DNA of 41,061 nt from a virus. The notes under the pieces were generated by a model. That model saw nothing but the letters and a program-made list of their open reading frames with translations, was not told the DNA's origin and searched no databases. Every line of letters begins with the position of its first letter. Position 1 is the stretch's first letter. The DNA lies in the IMG/VR virus record IMGVR_UViG_3300045988_053295, positions 1-41,061 of that record; one strand, written 5' to 3'. Below are positions 23,050 through 32,050 of the stretch, in pieces. A program made the translations under genes and the position numbers.

Positions 23050-24834
23050 CTATTTCACATTTCCGGTGTAGCGCACCTTCTGGTCAATGCCGAGAACGGT
23101 CACGTCGCCGAAAGTCGAACCGCTTGTAATGACGATTTTGTAATAAACAAATTTCTTTACTTTCAGCTTGATTCGCTCGATCTGCGGCGCGCGGTTCGTC
23201 AGGAACGACCAGTGAATGAAATTCACATGATCGAAGCCGGACAGGTTCGAGGAAACCTCTTTCTCCGCGTAATCGCTCTTTTTGTCGGAGCGGGCTGAGA
23301 TCAGGATCCGCGCATTTGTTGCGGGCTTCATCGAAACCCAGATAATAGAGCTGGTCTTCCGCTTGAAATCCGCATTGAAGGACATATTCCCGGATTCGTA
23401 CCGGGATTGGATCGGTACTTCGTCGTCAGCTGTGTGTATATGGTCGAAATCGACCAGCCGCCCGTCAGAGAAGCCGAGATACATTGCCATCCCGTCCGCG
23501 CAGCCGCACACCGCCAGAAGCCCGGTAAACATATACCAGGTGTCGTTTTCGTAGTTGTTGACGAGCACAGTCCCCTCCACGTCGTTCAGGAACACAAAAT
23601 ACTCGTGTGTCATGTTGTTGTCGAACGTGAAGATCTTCGTCACGTCGGCTTGATTCATGGTCTGCTGGACGCGGGCGGAAACGTTCTTGGCATTGCGTTC
23701 GTCCGCATAAAGCGTGGTTGCAAGCCGCCACTCGAAAATGTTGCCCGCGCAGACCGAGCGCGGATAGTTGTTGACCAGCTGCACCTGTCCGGGCGCTTCG
23801 TTGCCGATCTCCCTGTGAATCGGGACAGTGTAGAAACCTGCCGTCGTGCTGCCGTCCTCCAGCGTGATTGCTGAATAGCTGGTCGCATAGACCGCCTCCG
23901 GCTTGAAGACGAGCAGCTTTGAGTAGTGCCGGGACATTGCTGTAATCGGCGTGTTGGCTGTTCCGATCTGCATTTCGTACAGATCCGGAAAATACTCCGC
24001 GCTGGCCTCGCCGTCTTCCGTCACGCCGCAGTAATACGCTTTGTTGCTGCCGTCGCCGTACAGGAACACGCGCGTATCGGACGCGCCGTTGAAGAACTCG
24101 CTGAACCGCATTTTTTCGATCTTCGAACGCAGCGTGTTTGCCACGTTGTAGAAGATTTCGACGTTGTTGCTGCCCTGCGCCGGAGCAGTGGAAAACGTTA
24201 CCGTTCCTGCGGCCTTGTCGACCGCGAAGCCCGTCGTCACTTCCGTTTTCTCCACGAACACGAAATCAATGCTCGTGACGTTCTTCTCCGGCAGCTGATA
24301 GACAGTGGCCGTCCCATCCGCAGAGAACCGGACGCGGCGCTTTCCTGTCAGCATATTGACCGGTTCCAGCGTCGTGCCGCCCCCGCCCGGCGCGGAGGCG
24401 GTCACAACGACCGGCACATACCCGTGTACGGTGTCGACGTATCCGATCCCGTCCCATACCAGATACTCCGAACCGTTCAGGATATAAAGCTTATCCCCGA
24501 AGCCGAAAAACGTTGTCGGCGCGTCAAGAATGTCGCCGATGTTCTCCGCTCCGTTTTCTGTAATATTCCAAACTGCGCCGTCAGCCGCGCAGACGGTCAC
24601 TTCGCCGCCCGCAACATAGCCATGCCACAAGCCGCGCACAGGGCCGGTAAAGGCGTGCAGGGTTTTATAACCCGGCCTGACGCGCAGATGATATTCGCTT
24701 GTAATTTCAAAGTTCTTCAGAACCGACGCCTCGCCCAATTTCAGCTGCGTATCGCCGTCGTTGGATTCGTTCAGCCCCAAGAACTTTTTGATCGTAAAGA
24801 TCTTGCTGTCGTCTTTGGTTGGAATTGTCGCCAT
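23050..24834 (-). CDS. Large beta-rich virion structural protein (594 aa; tail tube/nozzle-type role possible)
   Basis: Clean ORF between the capsid and portal genes. No family was confidently recognised. Confidence 0.6.
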   Translation of the reverse strand: MATIPTKDDSKIFTIKKFLGLNESNDGDTQLKLGEASVLKNFEITSEYHLRVRPGYKTLHAFTGPVRGLWHGYVAGGEVTVCAADGAVWNITENGAENIGDILDAPTTFFGFGDKLYILNGSEYLVWDGIGYVDTVHGYVPVVVTASAPGGGGTTLEPVNMLTGKRRVRFSADGTATVYQLPEKNVTSIDFVFVEKTEVTTGFAVDKAAGTVTFSTAPAQGSNNVEIFYNVANTLRSKIEKMRFSEFFNGASDTRVFLYGDGSNKAYYCGVTEDGEASAEYFPDLYEMQIGTANTPITAMSRHYSKLLVFKPEAVYATSYSAITLEDGSTTAGFYTVPIHREIGNEAPGQVQLVNNYPRSVCAGNIFEWRLATTLYADERNAKNVSARVQQTMNQADVTKIFTFDNNMTHEYFVFLNDVEGTVLVNNYENDTWYMFTGLLAVCGCADGMAMYLGFSDGRLVDFDHIHTADDEVPIQSRYESGNMSFNADFKRKTSSIIWVSMKPATNARILISARSDKKSDYAEKEVSSNLSGFDHVNFIHWSFLTNRAPQIERIKLKVKKFVYYKIVITSGSTFGDVTVLGIDQKVRYTGNVK

Positions 24835-24851
24835 GCTATAACCCTCAAAAG

Positions 24852-24881
24852 AATAGGGCGTACATTGCTGTACGCCCTATT
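24852..24881 (-). terminator. Perfect 12-bp hairpin after the capsid gene (attenuator/stabiliser)
   Basis: aatagggcgtac / gtacgccctatt with a 6-nt loop. The minus strand continues cttttg. Confidence 0.5.
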
Positions 24882-24888
24882 ATGGTGC

Positions 24889-25956
24889 TTACGCGTCAAC
24901 CGCTTCGGCCATATCAGACCAGAACATACCGGACTTAAATGCCGCTGCGCGGATCGTATCGCCTGCCGCAGAAGTCGGCTTGGTCGAGGAATCATACTCG
25001 AGCGCAGTCTTGGAGAAACGCGGGTCGGAGCCGTCCAGCGTGTACTTGATCGTTTCGCCGGTGCCAGCCGTCAGCGTGACGGTATGGCCGGAAACCGCGA
25101 TTGTCGGCTTCGTGCAAACCTTACCAGCTGCGCAGGCAACATAGATGCCGTTTGCCATCGTCGGCATAACGAACGCATCGTACAGGAACCGGCCCTCCAC
25201 GAGCGCACCGCTATAGCCCTGCGGGTCGGTGTGCATTTTGTACTCGTGCAGCTTCACAGGGGAAATCGCGGCGTTCTTGAACACCAGCATGAAGTACACG
25301 TTGGCGGGCATTCTTGCGATCTTCTTGACGGGAACGCCGTCAAATTCGCCGACAATGCCCTTGCCGAGCGCTTTCGCAGCCAGCGGCTCAATGTTGTTCC
25401 ACTCGGACGCAAGCTTGATGAACTTGTAATACTTTGGATTGATGTAGAACGTGCGGCCCTCTGCCGGAACGTTGTGCTCGTCCAGCGCGACGTTCGCGTC
25501 GAGCATATTTTCTACAATCGTGGTCTTGGACGGTTCCGCCGACAGCGCAACGTGCAGGCCTGCCTTTTCCGCCCATCTGTCCATGCGGTAATTGTCGATT
25601 TCCGGGGTCACGACCTCGCGCATCTCGCGGCGCAGGCACGTGCCTGCTTTCTTGATGCCCATCTGCTCCTTCATGTCGCCCTTGTCAATGACAAAGGAGA
25701 ACGAACGATCCTTTTCCATCGGGAGCTCGTATTCCACGTCGGTCAGATCCTTCGGAACACCGTATCGGTTGCCGTTTCCTCTGCGGTTGTAGTCAACGAG
25801 CGGCACAGTGCCTACCTCGTGGAATCGGACAGACTTTACACCGATAAATTCGCCGTCAAACTTCTTGCTGAACGAACCCTGCGTGTAGCTGTCCTGAAAA
25901 AATCTTTCCAGTACCTGACTGGAATACTTGTCTGCAAGATTGATAACTCCTGCCAT
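24889..25956 (-). CDS. Major capsid protein (possibly N4-gp56-like) with C-terminal Ig/Fn3-like domain
   Basis: 355 aa, directly after the scaffold gene and followed by a hairpin. The C-terminus TLTAGTGETIKYTLDGSDP...IRAAAFKSG resembles the chitobiase/hexosaminidase C-terminal-type fold motif. Confidence 0.7.
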   Translation of the reverse strand: MAGVINLADKYSSQVLERFFQDSYTQGSFSKKFDGEFIGVKSVRFHEVGTVPLVDYNRRGNGNRYGVPKDLTDVEYELPMEKDRSFSFVIDKGDMKEQMGIKKAGTCLRREMREVVTPEIDNYRMDRWAEKAGLHVALSAEPSKTTIVENMLDANVALDEHNVPAEGRTFYINPKYYKFIKLASEWNNIEPLAAKALGKGIVGEFDGVPVKKIARMPANVYFMLVFKNAAISPVKLHEYKMHTDPQGYSGALVEGRFLYDAFVMPTMANGIYVACAAGKVCTKPTIAVSGHTVTLTAGTGETIKYTLDGSDPRFSKTALEYDSSTKPTSAAGDTIRAAAFKSGMFWSDMAEAVDA

Positions 25957-25968
25957 ATAGACCTCCTA

Positions 25969-26832
25969 TTAGTCGTCGCTAAGGAAGCCCTCCAGGAACG
26001 GGTCTTTGCCGGTTTCCTGCTTCGTAGATTGCAGGCTTCCCAGCGATTTTTGTTTATTGCTTTCGTTTTTGGCGCGGATCGCCAGCTTTTCGTTGGCCTC
26101 CTTGAGCTGCCGCTCAAGCTCCCGCCGCTGATAATCGCCGTAGGCGTCTACCAGCAATTCCCCCTTGCCGACAGCCGACCAGACCTCCTGCGGGATGGTC
26201 TTGGGGTCGACGTCCTTAAACTTCTCCTGAAATCGGCGGATATCCTCGCGCTGCCGCGCTTCCGTTTCGCTTTTGCGCGTTTTCTCCGCTGTGGTTTCCT
26301 GCAGCCGACGTTCTGCGTCCTCACGCAGGATCCGTTCGTGCGCGACCTCCGGGCTAAGTCCCTGAGAAACGAGCATATTTGTGCGGATAACGTTCAGAAG
26401 ATCCGGAATGTCCTTTCCGGCTGCTTCCGCCGCCGCTTTCAGCGCCTCAAAAACGGGTGCATTTTCGCCGCGGTACTTGGAAAGCTCCGCATTTTCTTGC
26501 TGTAATCGGTCGCGTTGCTCCGTTACATGGTCGTAATTCAGGCCCTTCTGCGCCAGTTCTATGACCTGCTGCCGCGGATACTGCTTCGTTTCCTTGTTGT
26601 ACTTGAGGTCGAACATCGGTTCCTCGGCGCCGTCCTGCTCGTCAGCATCTGCGCCGTCTTCGCCCTGCGCGTCCTCAGCATCTTCGGGTTCCTGCTCCTG
26701 CGAGGCTTCTTCCTGCTCCTCCGGCTCGGTCTGGTTGCCGTCGCCGTCGGCTTCTGGCGTATCCTCGAATTCGCTCAGATCCACGTCGTAGTTATCGTCG
26801 TCAACAACAACTTCGGTTTCGTTCTCGTTCAT
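25969..26832 (-). CDS. Scaffolding protein
   Basis: ATG at 26832 follows AGGAGG. It has an extremely acidic N-terminus followed by long charged helices (ERQLKEANEKL). It lies immediately upstream of the capsid gene. Confidence 0.65.
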   Translation of the reverse strand: MNENETEVVVDDDNYDVDLSEFEDTPEADGDGNQTEPEEQEEASQEQEPEDAEDAQGEDGADADEQDGAEEPMFDLKYNKETKQYPRQQVIELAQKGLNYDHVTEQRDRLQQENAELSKYRGENAPVFEALKAAAEAAGKDIPDLLNVIRTNMLVSQGLSPEVAHERILREDAERRLQETTAEKTRKSETEARQREDIRRFQEKFKDVDPKTIPQEVWSAVGKGELLVDAYGDYQRRELERQLKEANEKLAIRAKNESNKQKSLGSLQSTKQETGKDPFLEGFLSDD

Positions 26833-26849
26833 AGTGTCCTCCTGTATTT

Positions 26850-26885
26850 GGCTATGGTTGGCCAATTTAACGGCTATGGTGGGCC
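26850..26885. repeat. Two 14-nt direct repeats upstream of the scaffold gene
   Basis: ggctatggttggcc at 26850-26863 and ggctatggtgggcc at 26872-26885, spaced 22 nt. Confidence 0.6.
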
Positions 26886-26899
26886 GTCAGTTTACGCAT

Positions 26900-27322
26900 T
26901 TAACAGGACAATCCGCCGTAATACGGCGTAATGTCCTCCCACTTCGCGGCTTTCTTTGCGGCAAGATCCCGGATCAGTTCGGAATACTTGGCATTGAAAA
27001 ATGCCGCCATGGAATCATTTTCGCCCAGCAGCAAATGTGCCGCGAGTCCGTAGGGCATAATGCCCTGTGCAAGCACGTCGTCCAGATCGATAACGTCTGT
27101 AAACGCCTTAATCTCCGTGCAGACATCGCGCGTCCCGTCCTCCCGTGCCTCGTAGGTATCGGAATACAGGAACAGCTCGTGCCGCAGGATGTTGAGGATC
27201 GACAGCGTGCGCAGCTTGTATTCAGAAGTATCCGCCGTTGAGGTTTCGCCGGTCGTTTCGTTCTGCTCGTCCATCAGGTGGATCGCACGGGCAAACACCC
27301 ATGCCGCCGTTGTCGTATTCAT
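26900..27322 (-). CDS. Hypothetical head-module protein (140 aa)
   Basis: Clean ORF between TerL and the scaffold gene. Confidence 0.55.
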   Translation of the reverse strand: MNTTTAAWVFARAIHLMDEQNETTGETSTADTSEYKLRTLSILNILRHELFLYSDTYEAREDGTRDVCTEIKAFTDVIDLDDVLAQGIMPYGLAAHLLLGENDSMAAFFNAKYSELIRDLAAKKAAKWEDITPYYGGLSC

Positions 27323-27342
27323 ACCTAAACCCCTTTATGTAT

Positions 27343-28740
27343 TCAGTAGCCGATATAAGAAGCGCTCGGCGCGCCTCCGGTCATGTACTCGTCGTAGTCG
27401 TCCAGCCGGTCTTCCTCATAATCGTCAACCTCGACCGGCTTTTCCGGTTTCAGCGTCCGCATCACGCAGAAATAGCGCAGCGCGTCTACATCGTGTGTCA
27501 GCTCGTGCGGCTGCTTGGCGCAGTCGTTTGGGTTCTTTTCGTCGTGCTGGATCGCCTGCAAATCGTCGATCAAACTCTTGCAGCTTTCGCAGATCATCAG
27601 GCCCGGCTTCCCGTCCGGCAGAGGCTTGAGCATTTCCTTCACAGCCATAAAGCCCTGCACGCGGTTGTTCGCAGCTTTCAGAACCGGCAGGCCGCATTCG
27701 CCGAAGATCTGCGCCATTGTCTTGCCGGTATCCTTCTGCGTCGACCACATATCCGGCGGGGCAATCGTATATTCGATACGCTCCCGCGCAGGTGTCAGAG
27801 AAATCGCCGCGCTTGCGGCTTCAGAAACGATCAGCCGCGTTTCGTTGTACTGCCGGTATACATAGCAGCGCCCGGTAAAATCGACCGCCACCCACAGGCA
27901 GGCAAACATATCGAGGCCGTAGTCGAACGCCCGGTACTTCGCCCAGCGCGGGTCAATCGGAAAATCCTCCGGGAAGGTATGCACCCCGCGCCGGAACTCC
28001 GGGAAGAATCCGCCGGACAGCGCGTCCCAATCACCGAACCGGTGCGCCCTGCGCACGTCCTCTGGCAGAAGATCAAGCGCGTTGACGTAATCGGGCGAAC
28101 CCTCCAACAGGTCAACGTTGTCTTCGACCGTCGCTTTGATAAACAGATAATCGTCCGGGTTCTCGTTCGGCAGAAAGTCCCGCTTGACAAACAGACGCTT
28201 GACCCACTGATGTCCGATACCGCCGGGGTTGCACGTCAGATACATCCGCTTCGGGAACGGCGTCGCGCCTCGGCAGCAGGCCGCGATACCGCGGAACTCC
28301 TGCTCGGTGAACTGCGTCGCTTCTTCGATGAAGATCCAGTCGTATTCCTGACCTTGATACTTACCGGCGACAGCAGAGCCGAAGCCGTCCATATTGCCGA
28401 ACTTGATCGTCGAGCCGTTTTTGAAAGACAGAAGGTGTTTCTGCACGTTGTACACGGCAACGCTCTCCGGAACCAGTTTGACAATCGGATCGATCACGCT
28501 GTTCTCAAGGTCTTCGTACCGCCGTCTGAGGATCAGGATCTTCAGCCCCGGATAGTACAGGCAAGCCCCGACCGGCTTTCTCTGCGTACACCAACTTTTC
28601 CCGCCGCCTCGCGCGCCGCCGTAACAGGTGTACTTCACCGTCGAAGCAAAGAACTGCCGCTGCGGCTCGCTGTTCGGCTTGCCGAGGTCGATCTTTACCG
28701 TCTCGCCCGGCGCTGTTCGCTTGTACGATTGCTTGCCCAT
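27343..28740 (-). CDS. terL: Terminase large subunit
   Basis: ATG at 28740 (MGKQSYKR). Motifs are Walker A YGGARGGGKSW, Walker B DWIFIEEATQF, LTCNPGGIGHQW, and the nuclease motifs AFDYGLDM and HDVDALRY. Confidence 0.9.
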   Translation of the reverse strand: MGKQSYKRTAPGETVKIDLGKPNSEPQRQFFASTVKYTCYGGARGGGKSWCTQRKPVGACLYYPGLKILILRRRYEDLENSVIDPIVKLVPESVAVYNVQKHLLSFKNGSTIKFGNMDGFGSAVAGKYQGQEYDWIFIEEATQFTEQEFRGIAACCRGATPFPKRMYLTCNPGGIGHQWVKRLFVKRDFLPNENPDDYLFIKATVEDNVDLLEGSPDYVNALDLLPEDVRRAHRFGDWDALSGGFFPEFRRGVHTFPEDFPIDPRWAKYRAFDYGLDMFACLWVAVDFTGRCYVYRQYNETRLIVSEAASAAISLTPARERIEYTIAPPDMWSTQKDTGKTMAQIFGECGLPVLKAANNRVQGFMAVKEMLKPLPDGKPGLMICESCKSLIDDLQAIQHDEKNPNDCAKQPHELTHDVDALRYFCVMRTLKPEKPVEVDDYEEDRLDDYDEYMTGGAPSASYIGY

Positions 28741-29300
28741 GCAGTACCTCTGTGCTGTGCTCGTCTTGCCTGCCGGGTGTTCCTGGCACCCGACAGAACA
28801 AGAGGAAAGGAAGTAAAGAAGGAGGATTGCCCGCTTGCTTAAGGCAGGCAAGACCAACACAACACGGCTTTTTTGTTTGATTTTTGAAATTTTCAGGGGC
28901 GGAATCCCGGAAGGGTGGTGCCAGTTTTGTTGCTACCCCGCTTTGGGGGATGGAAGACGCGTGGGTTCAATCATATATATACATAGGATTGAAGCCGGCC
29001 GCCCCTTTTCTGCCACCCCTCCCTATGCCCTCTTCCTTGCTTGGGACTGTACGCACTCGCGCACGGACGAGGCAGGGCAGGCGCGGGGGCCTTAATGGCC
29101 TGCGGCCTGGGGCTACAGATGCACACACGCGCAGCACGCAGGCGCGCAGGCATTATGCACCGTTATGCACTGCGGAAAGTATGTATATTATGCGAAGTAT
29201 GCACGAATATTTGTATATTGTTATGATATCCAGTATATTTTCCGTATTTTCAGAACTTATCAAGAATTATGAACGCAACAAAATAGATATTTGGTAGCGT
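28741..29300 (-). other. 560-nt non-coding spacer between terS and terL (candidate pac region or structured RNA)
   Basis: There is no credible ORF on either strand. An AT-rich block (29160-29300) carries 3-4 GTGCAT(A) repeats on the minus strand, next to a very GC-rich block (29040-29160). The hairpin cgggtg-ccaggaa-cacccg lies just upstream of the terL RBS. Confidence 0.5.
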
Positions 29301-29714
29301 TCACTTGAAAGCGTCCATGTCTCCGGCCTTATTGCCAAAGGTAACATTGACCTGTACAGCGTTCCCGTTGAAGTCCTTCTGACCTCCGAATTTATCCATC
29401 AGAATTCCAAGAACCGTTGCAGCCTGGAGCGCATTACTCTTTTGCAGCTTGTCCGGGAGATCATCCAATACAACATCAATGGCGGCCTGCACCTTATCCA
29501 GGCGGCTGTCTGCGAACTCTTTCATGCGCTCTTCGGCGGTTTTTTTTACCGCTTCGGCGACATCCATATTGTTGTTAATGAGCTTCCGTGCCGTTTCCCA
29601 AGACACGCCGCCTGCTTTTGCAGCATCTGTGATCGTTCCGCTGTTGGCATACTCGGCAATGACGGCGGCTTTCTGCTCAATATTGATCCGCTTTCCCCGC
29701 TCGCCCTTCGCCAC
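29301..29714 (-). CDS. terS: Terminase small subunit (HTH-containing)
   Basis: GTG at 29714 follows GGAGGTGG. The N-terminal HTH is TITDAAKAGGVSWETARKLI. It is the first gene of the late operon, upstream of terL. Confidence 0.55.
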   Translation of the reverse strand: MAKGERGKRINIEQKAAVIAEYANSGTITDAAKAGGVSWETARKLINNNMDVAEAVKKTAEERMKEFADSRLDKVQAAIDVVLDDLPDKLQKSNALQAATVLGILMDKFGGQKDFNGNAVQVNVTFGNKAGDMDAFK

Positions 29715-29740
29715 GCTGCCACCTCCAAGAGCGTTAAAAT

Positions 29741-29804
29741 TGCGCTTGCGCGTCGCGCTGACGCTTGCAAGCTCGCTTGCAGCGCTGCGCTGCTAGCGCA
29801 AGCA
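29741..29804 (-). promoter_or_regulatory. GC-rich repeat/structure element in the late-operon leader
   Basis: CGCTTGC occurs at 29743, 29762 and 29774, with an inverted GCGCAAGC at 29796. The palindrome GCTTGCAAGC is present. On the minus-strand RNA a long-range stem GCUUGCGC/GCGCAAGC is followed by AAUUUUAA just before the terS RBS. Confidence 0.4.
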
Positions 29805-29948
29805 TAACATCGATTTTGATTGATGGTAAAAAAGTTGACCACAGCGCAAAACGCCTGAAAGCCTTGCGCTGCAATGGTTTGAGGCCGTTTGAAAATGGGT
29901 AAATAAAGCCCTTGACACGGGGTAAAGAAAAATCTTTTTGAAAACCGC

Positions 29949-29977
29949 TTGACATACTGGTTAGTATGTGCTAGGAT
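29949..29977 (+). promoter_or_regulatory. Promoter with embedded palindromic operator for the plus-strand accessory operon
   Basis: TTGACA at 29949-29954, a 17-nt spacer, then TAGGAT at 29972-29977. The spacer holds CATACT-ggtt-AGTATG (29953-29968). Confidence 0.65.
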
Positions 29978-30038
29978 GAAGCCACAAACAAACCACAGCA
30001 CACCAACGGACAGGCCGAAGGCCGGAAAGGACAGACAA

Positions 30039-30326
30039 GTGGAAATCACAAGCAAGAGTGCAAAATATGCCGTAGTGCGCACCGCTTTCCACGGCGGCGG
30101 CGTGGTGAGCGTACACAGATCACTTGCGGCAGCTGAAAGATCCGCGAACAAATGCAGCAATCCGGAATGTTCGTGCGGCTGTTGCGGCGTGGTTCCTATC
30201 ACTGCCGAAGCGCGGCGCGAAATGCCCGGCCATGGCCGTGACTACGACGGCGATCTTCTCCCGCTGCTCGACGAGATCCCAGAATACACCGGGAACGAGT
30301 TTTCCCCGTATTCGCTCCGGCGTTAA
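30039..30326 (+). CDS. Small Cys-cluster protein (95 aa)
   Basis: GTG at 30039 lies 7 nt after GGAAAGGA. The sequence includes AKYAVVRTAFHGGGVVSVHRSLAAAERSANKCSNPECSCGCCGVVP. The 29949 start in the ORF track would overlap the promoter. Confidence 0.55.
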   Translation: MEITSKSAKYAVVRTAFHGGGVVSVHRSLAAAERSANKCSNPECSCGCCGVVPITAEARREMPGHGRDYDGDLLPLLDEIPEYTGNEFSPYSLRR

Positions 30327-30428
30327 GTGCGCCGGATAGCAAAAGAAAAAAGCCGCCCCGGTGCTGGAACACCGAAGCGGCAAGCCCAAACAAAAACCAG
30401 TCACGATTTCAGAAAGGACGTACTTATT

Positions 30429-30908
30429 ATGACACAGTATTTCGCAGATTGCAAGACCCTCGACGAGCTCCGTATTGCTTACCGCAAACTGGCCGCGATC
30501 CATCATCCGGACGTTGGCGGCGACGTCGCCACGATGCAGGCCATCAACGCCGAGCACGACCGCGTGTTTGAGGCTCTGAAAGCCGCGCACAACGCAAGCG
30601 CGGACGAGTACCACCAGACAACCGAAACCCCGGAAGAGTTCCGCCGCGTCGTTGTCGAGCTTCTGAAGCTCTCCGGCCTCAACATTGAGATCTGCGGCTC
30701 TTGGCTCTGGATCGGCGGCAACACCCGCGAACACAAGGAAGCATTAAAGGCCCTCGGCTGCAAGTGGAGCAAGAACAAGATGCTTTGGAGCTGGCACCAC
30801 GAGGAAGCAGGCCGGAAGTGGCGGCGCGGTAACTATTCGATGGGCGATATCCGCCGGAAGTACGGCTCTTACAACGTCCAGAAGACCGAAACAGCGGTGG
30901 CGGTTTAA
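30429..30908 (+). CDS. J-domain (DnaJ-like) protein
   Basis: LDELRIAYRKLAAIHHPDVGGD contains the HPD motif. The C-terminal region is SWLWIGGNTREHKEALKALGCKWSKNKMLWSW. Confidence 0.8.
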   Translation: MTQYFADCKTLDELRIAYRKLAAIHHPDVGGDVATMQAINAEHDRVFEALKAAHNASADEYHQTTETPEEFRRVVVELLKLSGLNIEICGSWLWIGGNTREHKEALKALGCKWSKNKMLWSWHHEEAGRKWRRGNYSMGDIRRKYGSYNVQKTETAVAV

Positions 30909-30942
30909 TCCGCCCCGCATCAGATGAAAGGAGTATGGCACT

Positions 30943-31347
30943 ATGGCGAAGAATTTTAAGATCGCAGACATCGACCGCAACGCGCTTTACACTGTATCCA
31001 CCATTGACAACTGGGACGGACACGCAGAACAGAAGCAAATGACCGGTGCAGACCTCATAAGCTTTACCAATGCCGCCGCGCATCTGTACGACATCCACGC
31101 CGAATTGATCACGAAGGGCCCTGCCACTACGAAAAAGATTACCAGCATGGATTACAAGCGGGTCGCGCGCGACGCCATGAAAAAGACCTTTGGCTTTGCT
31201 CCCGCCCTGAAAAACATCATTCCTATGGAGGGCGGGGACAACGGCGAGATCGTCACGTCGGTTGCTTTCTGCATTGCTGCCACTGGTAAGGGCTATTCCT
31301 GGCAGGTCGGCGGCGAAGTCGAAAGAGCAGAAGCATACGACATCTAA
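30943..31347 (+). CDS. Hypothetical protein (134 aa)
   Basis: ATG follows AAAGGAG. No family was recognised. Confidence 0.6.
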   Translation: MAKNFKIADIDRNALYTVSTIDNWDGHAEQKQMTGADLISFTNAAAHLYDIHAELITKGPATTKKITSMDYKRVARDAMKKTFGFAPALKNIIPMEGGDNGEIVTSVAFCIAATGKGYSWQVGGEVERAEAYDI

Positions 31348-31389
31348 ACGAACGCCCGCCCCGGAGGTTACGAGGGCAGGAGTTTTACC

Positions 31390-31827
31390 ATGGAATACAG
31401 AAGCGGATTTTATGAAGAGCGCCGCAGCCTGCTTTTGAAGCAGCCGGACGCGATCAACACCATCAGCGATTGCAAGCACTGGGGCGCGTATGCGTCCCGG
31501 TACATTGCAGAGGCGCAGGAGACGATCAGACAGATGCAGGAATATCAGGCGCAGCTTTATGCACGCGTGCAGCTTTTGAGCGTCGCGCCGTGGCATTACG
31601 AATTGAGGCTGACGCGCCGCCGCAGCTACACCGAAAACCGCGTTTACTACGATTTGACGTTGAAGAAGGTTTTTGAAGATGCTACAATCAAGCCGGAAGA
31701 AGTACAGCGCACCACCTACCCAGGCGCGGAGCGATACGCCGCGTTTGCAGCTTATGAGGCAGAGCGGAAAGCCCATCCCGGCATTATTGCCGTCAAGGAC
31801 ATTGCAAAATCCGCGTGGGAACGCTGA
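31390..31827 (+). CDS. Hypothetical protein (145 aa)
   Basis: ATG follows GGCAGGAG. No family was recognised. Confidence 0.6.
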   Translation: MEYRSGFYEERRSLLLKQPDAINTISDCKHWGAYASRYIAEAQETIRQMQEYQAQLYARVQLLSVAPWHYELRLTRRRSYTENRVYYDLTLKKVFEDATIKPEEVQRTTYPGAERYAAFAAYEAERKAHPGIIAVKDIAKSAWER

Positions 31828-31841
31828 CAGGAGGAAACACC

Positions 31842-32042
31842 ATGCCAGAAGGACAGAAACCGAAGCGAAAGACGCACACAAGCACAGCTGTAAAAGCCCG
31901 ATACAATGCGAAGACATACAAGCAATACAGCGTTGCATTTCGCTATGATGACGACAAAGACTTGCTAGACCGCATTGATGCTTTTTTGGTGAATGGCTAT
32001 TCCGCCGCGCAGGCCATCAAGGCCATCATGCGCGGAGAGTAG
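31842..32042 (+). CDS. Small basic DNA-binding-like protein (RHH/Arc-like pattern)
   Basis: ATG at 31842 follows AGGAGG. The sequence is KRKTHTSTAVKARYNAKTYKQYSVAFRYDDDKDLLDRIDAFL. Confidence 0.5.
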   Translation: MPEGQKPKRKTHTSTAVKARYNAKTYKQYSVAFRYDDDKDLLDRIDAFLVNGYSAAQAIKAIMRGE

Positions 32043-32050
32043 GAGGATTT

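Noticed and set aside
28950-28980. Possible tRNA suggested by gtgggttcaatc (T-loop-like) in the terS-terL spacer
   Set aside because: The flanking bases cannot form a T-stem (gtggg versus atata), and no acceptor or anticodon arms could be drawn.
29546-30202. 218-aa minus-strand ORF and the 29949 start of the plus-strand ORF across the divergent control region
   Set aside because: Both run through the promoter, operator and repeat region, lack an RBS and have biased composition. A GTG at 30039 with an RBS gives a sensible 95-aa product.
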